From Catajapyx aquilonaris (taxonomy: Eukaryota), in the NCBI GenBank assembly GCA_000934665.2, contig KZ537958.1, positions 124,001 to 188,000 of the forward strand: a stretch of DNA of 64,000 nucleotides, given 5' to 3'. This document shows positions 1 to 13,904 of this stretch, piece after piece. Numbering within the stretch: position 1 is the stretch's first letter; every line of letters begins with the position of its first letter. Under the pieces are notes generated by a model, which saw nothing but the letters and a program-made list of their open reading frames with translations, searched no databases and was not told the DNA's origin. Position numbers and translations under genes: made by a program.

Positions 1-803
1 TGCTTCCATTGCGTCTAAGCTATTGAGAAAACCAGCGATAATAGCTGAGACTTTCTGCTATCTGATTTCTCCTCCATTTAATGATTTAAATGGCAAAGTA
101 GCTCCTCGGTTTGCGTTGCTTACAAACGCGGATGCCAAATGCGTAATGACTTCTAAGGAAATTGGTGGAGGAGGTTGTCAATACCAGGTTTCACATCTTT
201 CTTTTCGGGAAGCAAAATGAGCAAAGTTTTCTCTTCCCGTGTTGTCTGCTCTTTGCCATAATTGGCTTCGGTCGAACTGGGGGTGCGGGGGGTAGGAAGT
301 TTCCGATGCCAAATGGAGGACACATTTCCTGAGAACCTAGCAAGGAGGTGGAAGTTTGGAGAAAGTATGAAAATTCCACAATGAAACCTAGAGCCGGCAC
401 CCAACTTTAATAATTGGAAAAACCCCACCAGCCTCTCTACCTCCCTGCGATTATTTCGCTTTCATTTTGAAGAGGCGTGAAAATTGAAAGGAAGCAGTTA
501 ACAAGAGTAGGAATATATACATTCCCCCCCCCCTCTCTCTCTCTAACTGGTTAGAAAAATTCGCGAGTTAACTCAGGTGCAGTAACTAGATAATGACGAT
601 GCCGCGTTTCCTTTTTTGGATAACTCGCCCGCCCAGAGAGAGAAATTCCCAGCAGGAGAGAAAACTCATCAGTAGTCAAAACAAGACAGGTGGATATCTT
701 CCCACAACCTCGGAAATTTCGCCTTGTATCATTAAAAGTCATACACTGCATGAATTTGCAACATTCCATATTCATAATTTCCACAAACAACACTTAACGC
801 GTA

Positions 804-871
<68 letters not shown>
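804..871. repeat. (TAT)n microsatellite, ~22 units
   Basis: Uninterrupted TAT run; explains the poly-L, poly-I and poly-N ORFs at 593-1028. Confidence 0.98.
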
Positions 872-872
<1 letters not shown>

Positions 873-3800
873 GTGGCACTGTAGGTAGCTTCCTGGTATG
901 AAAGTTAGCAGGCTTGAATTCATTGGCCTGTTTTCGATTGAAAATGGGATAAAGGGTACTTTTACGGATCGTCTGACGTTGCTGGAAAGAGCGATTACAT
1001 GGCCTGTACTGCATGAAACAGTAACCATTCGACCAAAACTGGGGAAATAGAGGGGTCTCCTACATTTGAGGCCAATAAAAAAAAACGAGGCTCAGGATGG
1101 ATGGGAACCGAAAACCGATGGAAGCAAAAGTGGTTTCTCCCTTTGTATACCTCTGTATCGCATAACCTTCAGCTCCCTTTCGACGTTTTTTGAGCTTTTG
1201 ACGTGAGTAGCACTACCCTCTGAGAATTGATTTCACTTCAACTAGGATGACTCAAATCACATGAGGCGGTGGACAAAGAGACTCACAGGAACTGTCCACA
1301 ACAATTTAGTCATTTGCATTTGGTGCTGAACGACTCAATTCTGAATCATTTGTGACAGTTTGGTCAATTCTGATTAAAATATTAACCCAGATATGCCTGA
1401 ATTATTTTTATTTAATTTTTAAAAATATTTTATGAAGAAATAAAGAACTAACACAATTGAAAATCTAACAATTGTACAAGTGTCCTACATATAGGACGCT
1501 AGTTTATTTTTTGATTTTGATTTATGCACCTGGAACTGCACATTAGTTTTGTACAATATAAGTTTTGCCAAAAAGACCATTTGCAGTATGTAAGGGACAT
1601 GTATCCTTGTGATATACTGCTCAGGCGATGTTACACTGCTATGAAAGAGAAGAAACTTTCTTCTCCCTAAATCGCTTCTTAGCATAAAAATACATTATAC
1701 ATAAAGCGTTTTCGCCCCCCCCCCCCCTTTTTTTCTTGGCTGGATACATGTGGTTTTCTCAGCGGGGCTGGATAAGACGGCAGACTTTGAGCCCCCTGAA
1801 GTCTCCTGATTGGTGTGTTGAGACGAGTTGAAGTGGAAGCTGCGAGTTTTGCTGAAAAGACCCCCTGCTGCCATGCTTGGACTGTTCCTCCACCTCCTTT
1901 TGGTATAGTTTGTGTGTTGGATGAGGACGTCAACCCATCTCTGGCGAGGTTTCATTTTCAGAAGTGCAATGCCGGCCTCCACCAGAACAATGCAAACGGG
2001 GTGCGTGAAAGACGCTGGGGGGAAAAGCAAAGGCAAGGCTCCCTTTGTTAGACTCCACTCTGCAAAATGACACTGCTCTGTGCTTTTCCACACCAAGACT
2101 TGCAGACCCAGGATTGAAACGTTTTCTCTAACTCTGGGAGTCTACGAATGAGCTTTTCTGGTTTCAGAAATGGGCCAACCGCAGGCCACACAACTTTTTA
2201 GAGCCTATCTTTTTGATGTAAGAAGAGACGCGCCAATAGTATCGGGAAAATATTCTGCCCACAGTATTGCCGCAACAATGAAAATTCATGAAGCTCGATA
2301 TTGCAAAGTTTGGTAGTCACCGGCGCGTACACAACGGTTTTTCCAAATATTATGATGCAGCGGGAAAGTGCCGCTGCAAATCTATGTAACCGCAAGGCTG
2401 CAGTGTAATTAGAGAGGGGGGGGGGAAGCCTACATTTGGAAACGATGAGCTTTGAAAGTTTGCTTCTGTTGGCAACTGCACGCTGATGATCACACACACA
2501 CTGCAATATCATGTAACTGTTTGCCAGCAGAGTTCCTGCGGCTCGTATATATTTCTGCAGCCGGTTTATTTCCGGATGTGTTTCGGTCCAGATTTATGCA
2601 CAAGCGTGAAATCTGCACGCAAATTGAGCAGCAACAAAATGGCAATTCCACCTTGCTGGATCCTGCAAAAAAATTGGGGGTTGTGTGTATGCCAAAACCC
2701 CTGCAAAATCCGTGCGCCATTTTTAAAGCCCCCAGAAATATTTTAGAGCGATGCTATTTTTTTAAAATGCGTCCGCTCTTTTTATCCTGTCAGATTGCCA
2801 GTAATGCATTTTGCGCATTTACACAGACCATGAAAAATTCATTGATTCCACCGCTAATTCATTTTATAATAAAATGATCCCCCCCGTAAGTTGCGGTTAC
2901 ATTTGCGTTGCCATGCCGTAGTAATTAGCATAGCTTTAAATAATATATCCATGTCAGCAGTGCCGCCATCTATTTTTTATTCCCCACAAACTTGGTGTGA
3001 CTCTCTCCTCCCCGTATCGCTATTGAAGTTTCTTCCTTTTCCTCACCCTATTCTCCAGTGAACTTCTCCTTCTTCCCATACAAAGCCGTTGATTCCCAGC
3101 GAAATATCTTACATTCCACTCCCTGGAAGAAGAAGGCGGCCCATAAAACACCCAGGGCTCGACGTGCCCAAGTTTCTCGGAAAATTCTGGCCTTCTCCAG
3201 CCTGCAAAACCACGGAAGGCATTTAACTACAGGGTTTTTTTAAAATCCCTCATTTTTAAAGGAAAGAATGTTCAATTTGCTCGGAAAATGATGATGTATG
3301 TGGATAATGCTGCTCTCAAGGGTATTACATTGAAGTAGGTAAAGCAACAGTCCTGGTGGGAATGGGACTCTTGAGGTTTTTTCCAGATATCTTTCTGCAC
3401 TCAGGTTTGAAGTACTTTGTACTGTTCCGAGCTAACTTTTTTTTTTTCAAAAATGGGAAGGAGCCAACGCCCATAGTGAAAGGAAAAGTGCGCCATCTCG
3501 TAATGCAGGTGCTAATGAAAAATGTAGCTTAAAATTGGGCTGAAAACGCATTAGCAGCCGGATGAAATATTTATGCTTAACTCTCTCCATCCGCGGTGGA
3601 TTTGCATTAGAATAGGGGTAGGGGGAGGTGTTTCATACACAAATTATATCTACTGCCCCGGTTTAAAATTTTCCAAGGAGAATTTTGTTTTCAAACGCGT
3701 AAACCGACCATGGGTTTAGGTTAATTAACACTGATTTTTTTAAAGGATGGTAGCACAGTTTTTGTCATTTACTGGGCAGCATTACAAGTAATTAGCTAAT

Positions 3801-5351
3801 GCACATGACCGAAATTATAATTATTTTTAGAAGCGATACTGCGTGTTTTTATTTATGGAGTGTCAAACTGGGCGTTACAGGCTTTCATTTAGGAGTAAGC
3901 ATGATGTGTAGAAAAGTAAGGGTTGAACATATACCCTTTTTGACTATTGATTGTAATTGTGAAATTGATGGAGAAGACTATCCAGCAAAGGGCGGGAACT
4001 GGAAGCCGCTTAATTAGAGAGGTAGATCAGTCACAAGTCATCCCTAAGTGACGGAATGCAGTTTCTTCCACCCATTCCATCAATTTGGAAAGAAGAAGAA
4101 AAAGGTATAGGGACGTCTTGGCGCATCAGATCTTCTGAAGCGAAGTTGGATGTTGTGCAGTCGGAAGACATTGACAAATGAGATGAGGGCTTTAGGTGCA
4201 AAACTAATGAAGAAAAAAACTGGTGTTCCAAGCCCTTCTGCAGCTTGCATCCAGGGAGCGGGTATTCTAATTTAAGACGTCTCCCGGAGGATTTGAAGAG
4301 AATCAAGTCGTAATCGAGTTGCGTGGAATCCGCAGTAACTGGCTGGGCGGGTAGAAAGGAGAGACAGTCGGAAAAGGGATGAAGTCGTCTTTGACATTTT
4401 GCGGACAGGAGAGTCATTAGACCCGACATTTTATTTTCCCTCTCAACCTGAAGCTTTCCCAAGGGTTATAAACGAAACACCCCAAACCTCTTTGCGATAA
4501 AGCCTCCCACCACCCAACCTAATGTCGTCTCGGCATAATGCGACATCCCAACAGTCGTTTCGCTTTCCCACATCTAGACCACATTAGCAACTTTCCCATT
4601 TTCGAATCACATCCACATGGCGACATCATAATTGATTCCCTCTGCATAACTACGTTTGAACGCACGTACGGTAATTATCGAATCAATACGTGCAATCTGC
4701 AAATTTCCTGCCGATAACCAGTATATCATTTCGTCCTGTTCATGCCCCCGTCAAATTGGCTCCTTCACGCAGAGTGGTCAACTTGCTTTGTGAGGACCAA
4801 TTTTTGAAAAGAGCGCGGGTGGAAAATGGCTCGTGATTGGCCGAGTTCAGATATATGCAAATTTTGCATGGGAGGCTGAAAAGAGAGCAGGCGTTTGGTC
4901 GGTGTGAAGTAATGTTGGAGTGTGAGTTTGCGGTGGCGACCTGTCTCCGGCAGCCAAGTCCCCGGGTACCTCCCCCATTCATCTCCGAATTTAATTTGGA
5001 AAATCGAGGTGGAGGCTTTTTGGAGAAACCCGCAAGTCGAGCCACGACAAAAGCGGAGAAGGCAGGGATTAGGTTGTTGTCATGCACGTTCCAGCGGGGA
5101 ATATTGCAGTCCTGAGACACCTATGTGGACTATATACAACCTTCCCAGCGTAATATCGTCACCAGATTCGACGGAAATAAATATAAAAAAATCCGGAAAG
5201 GACGGGGGGAGATGGGGCAGATATAACATTAAAATAATTTTTGAGGCAATTTTTTTGGTTTTATGGTGTTGACTGTACTGTACGTAACCGCTGGCTTTTA
5301 GAATGTAACACTGTGAATGTTATAGAATAACAGGTATTACTAAGGCAGTAA

Positions 5352-5417
5352 TCTATACTATTAAAATCGTTGTATGTGTGCGCCTGCGCAATGGGAGTAG
5401 GCAGCGCCTCTGGTGGG
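5352..5417 (+). mobile_element. 5' fragment of a Helitron-like non-autonomous repeat, related to 13905-14142
   Basis: Starts A|TCTATACTATTAAAATC (Helitron-type 5' TC after a host A). Shares this start, GTTGTATG, GCGCAATGGG and an exact 19-mer AGGCAGCGCCTCTGGTGGG with the reverse complement of 13905-14142. No 3' end identified. Confidence 0.5.
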
Positions 5418-7987
5418 TGAGAGGAGTTATTCATCGGGATATGAATCGGAATTACGCGATGTGTACAAAAATTACTAAATAATTAAACAAAATATAACAC
5501 GGATTGCCCTCTGCAAATTGAATTGTTAGAATCGGATTCGTACTCGTACGTATATCGTGCAGTTTTTTTGCCATTTTGGGATCGTTTTCCTTCCCCATGC
5601 GTATGCTTGACCAAGAAATACGCAACCCAGAAATTGAATCATGAACGCTTCATTATAGCTGCCAGCCTTCGGGGAACGTTATCTTTCCCAGCAGGGAGAA
5701 GACGAATAGGCAATTTTCCGGGAAACAAAAGGGGGGNGGTGGGGGGGGGGGCATAATTACGAATGAGCACGGAATACAAGAAAATTTGCCTGACATGTGG
5801 AAGCCACCCAGAGGGGTTTTCCAAATCAGCCTCGTATGTAAAGTATATACGAATTTTCCCATTTGAAAACGCCATGAGGGGAAAATGTACCGGCTGTTTT
5901 GTACCCTCATTATTATCATAGCATCTCGTACCTACATGGCTTGTCATGAATGGAATCAACAGTGTAGGCCTACTTGAGCTTTTAGATGCATATTATAAAA
6001 ATTGTGATTTTCTACATGGTGCAGCTCTAGCCCACATTTAGTGTAATTACTCTTTTTTTTACCGTTTGAAAAGAATAATCTGAAAAGTGGCCTGAACAAA
6101 ACAAGTAGGCTTGTAATGCCCGAGTGGAAAGCGGGAGGGAATTATGCTCAGTAATACATCATACCCTAGCCAGGGATGTTTTGTTGGAGTGATTTGTGCC
6201 CCCCTATGGTACGCCAATGCTCCCCTTTGGCAAAATGACCCCGTTTCAATCACGCGAAATATGAATATTTGTGCATCAGAAACCAAATAGCCAGCTACTA
6301 TAGGAAAAAGGGTTACCCCCCATCATGAACAACAAAAAAACAACCATGCTGGAACTGTCACTTAAATTGCGTCGGATTACAAAGAATAAAATTACGACCG
6401 TGTATTGAATGATAACTGGCTGTCATAATTCCCCTTTTAGTGTCATTGTCCCGCGTCATAGCCCGGGGAGCAAAATAACGAGGCTAAAATTTCGAGCCGC
6501 TCTAAACGCCATATTATGTCCGCGGTTGTTAGTTGTTCTTCCATTACTCCCATGCGTGCCAAATGTGTTTCCCAATTTGGGGCTATTCTGGAGATGAAAT
6601 GCCACTGCTTAATTTTTACCCGTTCGCGTACGTATATAGTGTGCGTCATGACCGCTGTTGTTCCGGATGAAATACGAGGACATTTTCTACTAAGTGCAGG
6701 AATTTACTATTTTTTTTGTAGCCGGTGCTTTAACAAATTGGAGATCAACCTAATTGGTTAGCTCGACAATTTTGGAACCGAAATGAGTTCCGAGTTATTT
6801 TTCACTGTGAGTTGGGAATAACCTCATCAGATATCGTTGGATTAAGCTATCGAAGCGTGCCTACAGTTCAAGAAAATATCTGCTTTCGAATCCAGGTGCT
6901 TCCTGTGTAGCTGTGGTCTACTCCAATCGAACCAATTCCGATCCTGCAGATTACACTAATTAAGCATTGATTAATTTTGTGCACCACCAGGTTATTGAAC
7001 CGCTTTTCTTCTCTCTCTTTTTTTTTCTCTCCACCATGCAAAAGGCCGTCCCTCTGAATCCTTCCAGACCCACCATTTTCCAACCCCTAATATGGCCCGG
7101 GGTTCAATTAATAACAAGCGCAGAGGGAATGAACTGAAAGGTTAAGTTTGTCTTCCGGGCTTTTCGCCTCGCGGGCAAACAAAAGACTGGATAAATAGCT
7201 CTGTAGGAAAAGCCACAAGTCGTAATATTGAAGCAGTGCTAACCTCATCTTGCTCTCCACTCCCACTAAGGTATTCCTGGAACCAAATAAGAAGAGGAGG
7301 GTAGGGGGGGGGGGAAAAAAAGGAGCGCAATTACCTCTCCCTACTTAATGTAAGCTCATCGTTCATCCTGCACTGGGTCGCTCTTAATCCGAATTCCCCG
7401 CAATTTCCCGCCCCAAAGCTCCGGCTTGGGAACGGCCAGGGATGAGAAACGGATTAAATTTTGGGAAATGAAAGGAGGCAGAGACCCGGATGCCGAAATG
7501 GTCCACTATTCCTTTCCTTCTTCGTCTTCTTCTTCTTTTTTTTTTGTTCCTCTCGTTTTCTTCACCAACTATTCGCTCCAAACTGAATTTGCTTTTTATT
7601 TCCCTCCGTGCTCGGGTTCACAGAGTAGGGCTCGTTAGGCAAATCACCTGGAGCTTTTTCAATGATTCCAGTTTTTTTCTGAGTAAAAATTAATTTTTGT
7701 GCAGGAAGTGCTTGGGAACGGTATTTAATTTCTAGGCCGCCTCTTGAGCATTATTGAGCTGCAATGAGAAATAAACGCTGGAATATTTCATCGTGGATTT
7801 CATGAAAGGCTGCAGAATGGTCTAATTATGCAAATGATGGAAACTAAAAAAAACAAAATAAAAATAAATTCGAAATAAAAATTTGCAGTCATCTTAAGAT
7901 ACCCAAAAAGATTGATGCATTATTTCAACTGTGTAAAAATAAATCTGGCAGCATTGCAATACAGTACGTCATAAAATATTATACCAA

Positions 7988-8016
7988 TTTATTTATTTAT
8001 TTATTTTACTTATTTA
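7988..8016. repeat. Imperfect (TTTA)n microsatellite
   Basis: TTTATTTATTTATTTATTTTACTTATTTA read directly. Confidence 0.8.
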
Positions 8017-10254
8017 CGTTACCCCATTTTAGGGCTGGGCCCTTTTAGGGGGGAGGTTATTACACCAATTTCTCGTACCTTTTACAGCACATCGCATACT
8101 ACAGTAGGCTGTGTTGCAAAATTCCGGTATGTTATAGCACGGATGCTGATATTTTAATTTGCCTATAAAATTTTTTTGTATCCTAATGGCATCATATAAT
8201 GGACATTGGGATATGGCTTCGAGCGTGTGTGTGCTCATTACTCAATGCCGGAGACTTTAGGTGGAGAGAAAGGAAAAAAGCGAAATTAAGGGGCAGAAAT
8301 TTGCATGCAAATAGGGCTGATTTGCATCTTTCTTGCAGGGAGAAACTTTTGCAGTGCTTGTTGTCAGCCACATTTTCCCGGAGGTAGACTGGCTTTATGG
8401 GTGACGCTCCATATTTTTTTTGTGTCGTTTAAAAATAACACATCTAATGAGGTGGATGCCCATTTGCATTAAACAAACACAATTAAAATAGGCTCCATTA
8501 CATGCCTATGAAACTGGAAATTGATAAATTAACTGTATCAACAAATCCGAAACATCCATCCCTGTTCGTAATGATTGTTAAATATGATCGCAACCGCATC
8601 GCATCCTGGATCATTATGAAAAATTGCGTGAGAGGGTGCAAAAAATAGGGCAGATCCGTGCAAATAAAATGGTAAAGCGCCATTACGTCAACAATTGCAT
8701 GGAATGTATTGTTGGTTTTTATGCTGCTGTATTGCGTGAAAGTGAAATGTGATCAAATTAAAAATTCATTGCCAATTTCTAGAAAAAAAAAGTCCGATAT
8801 TGCTTTTTGTTACAAAAATGTTAATATGTGCAACTTGCCTTGTACCATTGTGTATTTGCCATTGTAATTAATTTTTGGCAATGAATCAAATAATTTAAGA
8901 CTAACCTGCGATGATGCACCAGACCCTGTAATTAGACAATTTTGCAACATATGGCCTGAATTGTGCCTGCGGCTGGTTCGCCTACATAAACAAAACATGA
9001 CCCAAGCTATTTTGGTACCTACTACTTCCGGGAAGTTTCGCGTCAGGAAGTCGTACAATAAACCCCAAAATTCAATAACAAACTCCTGCTCCAAAAATAC
9101 TTATACAAAGGCGCAGTTGATGGTCCCACGCATTACATGTTGTTCCTCACTGGTGATAAATTATCATCATTCGCAACGCATAAAAATATTGGCGAGAATG
9201 AATTAGCTTTGAAATAACTTACAATAATACATGGTGTAATAATATTGCAACCATTTTGCGAAAAGCCGCCTTTCCTTTATGTGGATCACCCGCCAACTGA
9301 ACCGACTTTTGAAAACCTCCACCGCCAACAATAAAGAAGTTAACCTTCTCTCCCATCCCTCCTATACCATGCCACTCCATCGGATTAGACCGGTGTTACT
9401 ACACGTGACAACATCCGGAGTTCAAGAAGCAGATCAATAGAGCGAGAGAGGGGGTCCTCTTCCTGCTGCCAGAATCCTCTTACTTCTATCTTGTTTGGTG
9501 ATGCTGCTTGCTCCGACATGTAGTAATCCCAGGCTCCTCAGCTGGGTTGGATGCTGTATCGTGAATAGCCAAAAGGGGGGAGGAAGCGTGCAAGGGGCGT
9601 AATACGGCATATTTGATTGCGCCGTGCCGCCAGCCAGGGAGCCCATTTCGCGTCTCATTTCCCCAGCCTATGTCCTCCGGCCCAAAATGTTATGTTGTGG
9701 ATGGGGGGGGGGGGGTTAGAAGGGGGGAAAGTCCTGCTAGACGATAGCAAAAAGATGGGTATTACCAGGCCAGCCAGAGGATGGAAAGGGTCGGATCGAA
9801 GGCATCGAGGGACAAGCTCCGGGATAACTTACTCTCCGGTATCTTTTTTGGTGGGTCCCATACAATTCTTTCCGCGCTCAAGTTCAGGCCCGTAAGATGC
9901 TCTCTAGACGGATTTGGAGAATATTGATAGCTGCTGGTAGGAAAGAGTGTGTGTGTGCTTGGTTAGGAAGGGGGTTGTCACGAGTCTGAAACCATTCGTG
10001 TGAGCCGCTCTTTTCTCCGGGTGTAAATCCAAGGATGCAAAAAGGGAAAGAGGGCAGAGGGACAAGGAGAAGCAAAAAAAGGGAAGCAAGATTTATCTTG
10101 CTTTGCATGGACGTGATGTGACACTTTTATTGTGCACCTACCCTATTCATTCGCAATGGAGAAAAATGTAGGAGGAGGAATGCTAGTTTTTTTAAAAGGT
10201 GAAATGGGTTTAGTTCATGGCATGTTGAGGATTATAATCTAGGAAAGGAAAATG

Positions 10255-10293
10255 TTTATTTATTTATTTACTTATTTATTTATTTTATTATTA
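10255..10293. repeat. Imperfect (TTTA)n microsatellite
   Basis: Run of TTTA/TTA units read directly. Confidence 0.8.
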
Positions 10294-13200
10294 TGTGGTT
10301 CGATTGCCACATTGGGGCATGCAATTTTCTAATACTGTTGCCTTAGAAGCTTATTAAACAAAATCAGTATGTAAAAATAATTAAGCTCATTACGCAACAA
10401 TATCTAAATATGAAAGCAATTTTTCACAGAAAATAATTAACTTCACATGTGTATTTCAAAACGCATGGAGATGAATAGTAAAAATAATTTACTGCGTTTT
10501 CATGTCGTATGCACTTTGTTAACATCACCCGCAATTAGCGGTTTATTTTGTACAAGTAGGCTACTACTTATGAACCTAGGTACAATCCGCTGATGGAAAC
10601 AATGTAATTACGCGTGACAGACAGCCCCTTTTTTTGGGCTTACAGTGCACAGTCTGTACTGCTTCCATGTTTATACCAGATATCGGAGCTTCAGCCTTGA
10701 GATTTGCTTTAAGTTACATATAGCTCCCAGTCGCCCAGCAGCAAAACCATGACAAATACTTGTCAACTTTGTACAGTATACCTCTGTGAAATTGGATCTG
10801 GATCCACGTATCTGTCCCCCCCCCCCCCCACCCCCCCACCGCACAAAACANCCCCCCCCCCCAACATGCCAGGAGAATAAAAGAACATGTCTACAGTGTT
10901 TCACTTTGGGAGAGTTCATCCGTCGGGGACATTCACTGCACCCGCCATCAAACGCGCGCCGCCTCAGATAGAAAATGAAGATAACCTGTTGGAGCAGAAA
11001 CGCACTGCAATGTTACGCTGGCTGGTACATCAACCAAGTTGGCACCTCCAATAATGAAGCGGGCTATAAATAGCTAGGAGCCTCTTCCAATATATTTATT
11101 TTTATTTTTTTTAAATCGCGCCTCGATTATTCTCATCATGCGCATGCGTGACTGGAGAAACTAATCCATCGCCTACCCCCCATTCCTTGCTTACGATGGG
11201 CAGTGTAACCACCTACATTTTATCATACTTTAGGTGCAATGATTCCTAACGTGATATGCAAGATGGCACTCAGAGGCTGCGTTTTTTTTAAAGGGGAGAG
11301 TAGGAAGGAATTTGAGGGTGTGATGGAGGTTGATAGGTCATCTGGTGGAGAGGCACAGACTATAGGGAGGAAACCTCCCAATTTTTTTCTGAAGGGAAAT
11401 GGCGGCAAGGTTTCTTGAGGGGAGGGGGGGGGGGGGATTCGAAACCCAGGCTGTGTAAGATGGGCTGAGTCAAGTCTTTTGGATTGAATCGCGTGCTGGT
11501 CCGGGAGGCGAGTGGCTGTAAGATGTTGGCCTGAATGGGGAACGTTGGATGGAGATCTGCTTTGAAGGTCGTGGTCCCTTCTCCCCCATCCTCTTCCTCC
11601 TTTCCCTGCACTTGCCATCAGGTTTTCAAACCAAACCCCCACCCCTCTCACAAGACTCCGTCTTTGCCGATGGTACCAAAAGTCCCCATCTCATTTTACG
11701 CCCGCCAGCTTTCCCCATCAACTTTGCCTCGTCTCAAGAGCAGGCAGGAAGAGGAGGGGAGGTGTAGTAGTACTCTGAATTTGTATGGTCAAGGTGGGTC
11801 AGAGGGATCCTGCAGAGAGGAAATCCCCCAGTTGATTCTTTAGCATGCAGAGAGCAACCTGAATATAAATGTGGCGATACTTGCAGGTGTACTGTACTAC
11901 AGGGTGCTCTAAAACGTTGGCGTAAAACTTGTAGAATTAATCTCTGACATTAAAGTCCAGACTGTGTCATTTTTTGGATAATACGAGTGTACTTCTACGT
12001 ACAAGAAATTGACTTGTCTGTTAGCATACAAACACGATTAAACTTTATAGTGTTCCGGCCAAAAATATGTACTTAAAGGGGGATTATTTAATTTGACAGA
12101 TTTGCTGCAGAAAGCCAGAGGCCATGCCCCAAATATTCAATTGCAGATAGCACAAAGCAACAAAAAGTCCTGGTGCTCTGAAAAATAATTACGCAGTCTC
12201 TTCTTCCCTAGTCCCATCCATATTGGATGAACCGGTGTACAATTAATGACTTTCAAATGCCTTCCGGATCATAAACCTTCCCCAAACTCCCAGTTCAATT
12301 TTGTGGCAGTGCAAGGAAGATCAACAGTGAGCTGCGCCTACAAATTTTTTCCACTCTTTACTCCATGATAAAGCATGGTCCAATGCTTGTATCTCGTACG
12401 AAATAGCAGCTCGGTACAAAAGAAAATGGGACAGTCCTGGTACGTAAAGGATTATTCATTTACAAGGTTAATCATCCTCTTCCGCCCATCTCTTTTGAAT
12501 ACACCTCTTTTGAAAAAAAAAAATGAATTGCTTTTCCTCTATCTCTCTCTGGCCCACCCGGGAAAAACGATGCGCCGCTTCTTCTAATCTTTAGCCCAGG
12601 CAATATATTATACTCGGAGTACCGGCTATAACACGCGGATGTTTTGTGGATTTGTTGGCGATCCTCGGAGGAGCCGTTAAACAAAATGATGCATATAATT
12701 GAGCAGAATTGGTCGGTTGGGCTATGCATTTTCGCTGCACAGTATAGCCCAAGCAGCTGTGTGTTTTTCTATGCAGAAGAAATGAGGTGCGAATCGAAAG
12801 TTGAAGTTGGCTGAATACAAATGGTTAGCTCAATAAATTTTTATATACATCTAGAATTTCTGCTTGCTTCATGCAAATATGATCGTACCAAATAACTGAT
12901 GTGCAGGTAAAAGCATAAAAAGCACGTTCTTACTCATTGCAGTTGCATATGCGTGTAATTATTTGATGTGTGGTCTATGTGCACTGGTGCATTTCAGCAT
13001 ACTACATTAACATAACATTTTCAGTAATGGAAATGGTGCATAAAATGCACACACATGGCTAATGTAATTTGCCTACAAGTGTAACGTTAAATGGTGATTT
13101 CAATTTTTATTAATAACATCGAGCCATTTCATCGGTCTGATCAGTCCACAGATATTTTGAATATGTAAAATCCAAAGAAATCTGACATGAATTAGGCCCA

Positions 13201-13764
13201 GGAGCAAATCCCATCCCGAGGGCCTGCAGTTTTAATAACGTGTTTGGCTTTGCATGTTCCCCAACTTCCGTTATAATTTCCGGACCTGTGTGTGCGCATC
13301 TTCTGCATCCTTCCCTCCAAATAATAAAGTATAAGCCCGAAAAGAGGGAGTGCTGAAGCGCTTCATCAAAAGAGAGGTGGTGGGTGGTGCAGGGTGGAGG
13401 GGGAGGGGGGAGGGGGGCGCAGCTCATTTGCCGCATGGCTGGAATTATCTGGGCGACACGAATTTGGTTTTAGTGTTGAGAGTCGGCATCCCTTGGAAAC
13501 GGGGGCGGCAGTGCAGGGCCCAAGTCCCCGGCCACCCTTGGAGTTTGACAGCCTCTCTCAGGCAGTGTCGGTGGAAAAGCCTACACTCCATTACACCTCT
13601 CGCGAGAGCTGCTCGTAATTTATACTTTGCTTCTGATCTGAGACGATGAACCGCGATGGTGCTACGGCGTAAGAGCCAGATGCCCGCAAGCCATAGAAAT
13701 AACGGATGGGATGTTACACTTTACTTGTTGGTCCCGTGTTGGTCACACTTAGAAGTGGAGGGGT

Positions 13765-13824
13765 CGCTATTAACGTAGCAGTTACAATAGCAGAGCCGCT
13801 ACTCTAACTGCTGCGTTAATAACG
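13765..13824. repeat. Imperfect inverted repeat: 27-bp arms, 6-nt loop
   Basis: CGCTATTAACGTAGCAGTTACAATAGC-agagcc-GCTACTCTAACTGCTGCGTTAATAACG; arms are reverse complements at 23 of 27 positions. Confidence 0.85.
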
Positions 13825-13904
13825 AACTCTATCACTGCTTTTTTTCTCAAGTATTAAATATTCCGTAGATTACCGGTATGTTTTTCACTGTTTTATATCA
13901 CATA

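Noticed and set aside
593..1028. ORFs with poly-Leu, poly-Ile and poly-Asn tracts
   Set aside because: Translations of the (TAT)n microsatellite.
3029..3060. Strong-looking splice acceptor (pyrimidine tract plus CAG at 3056-3058)
   Set aside because: It lies in a generally pyrimidine-rich block, and I found no convincing downstream donor or coding frame.
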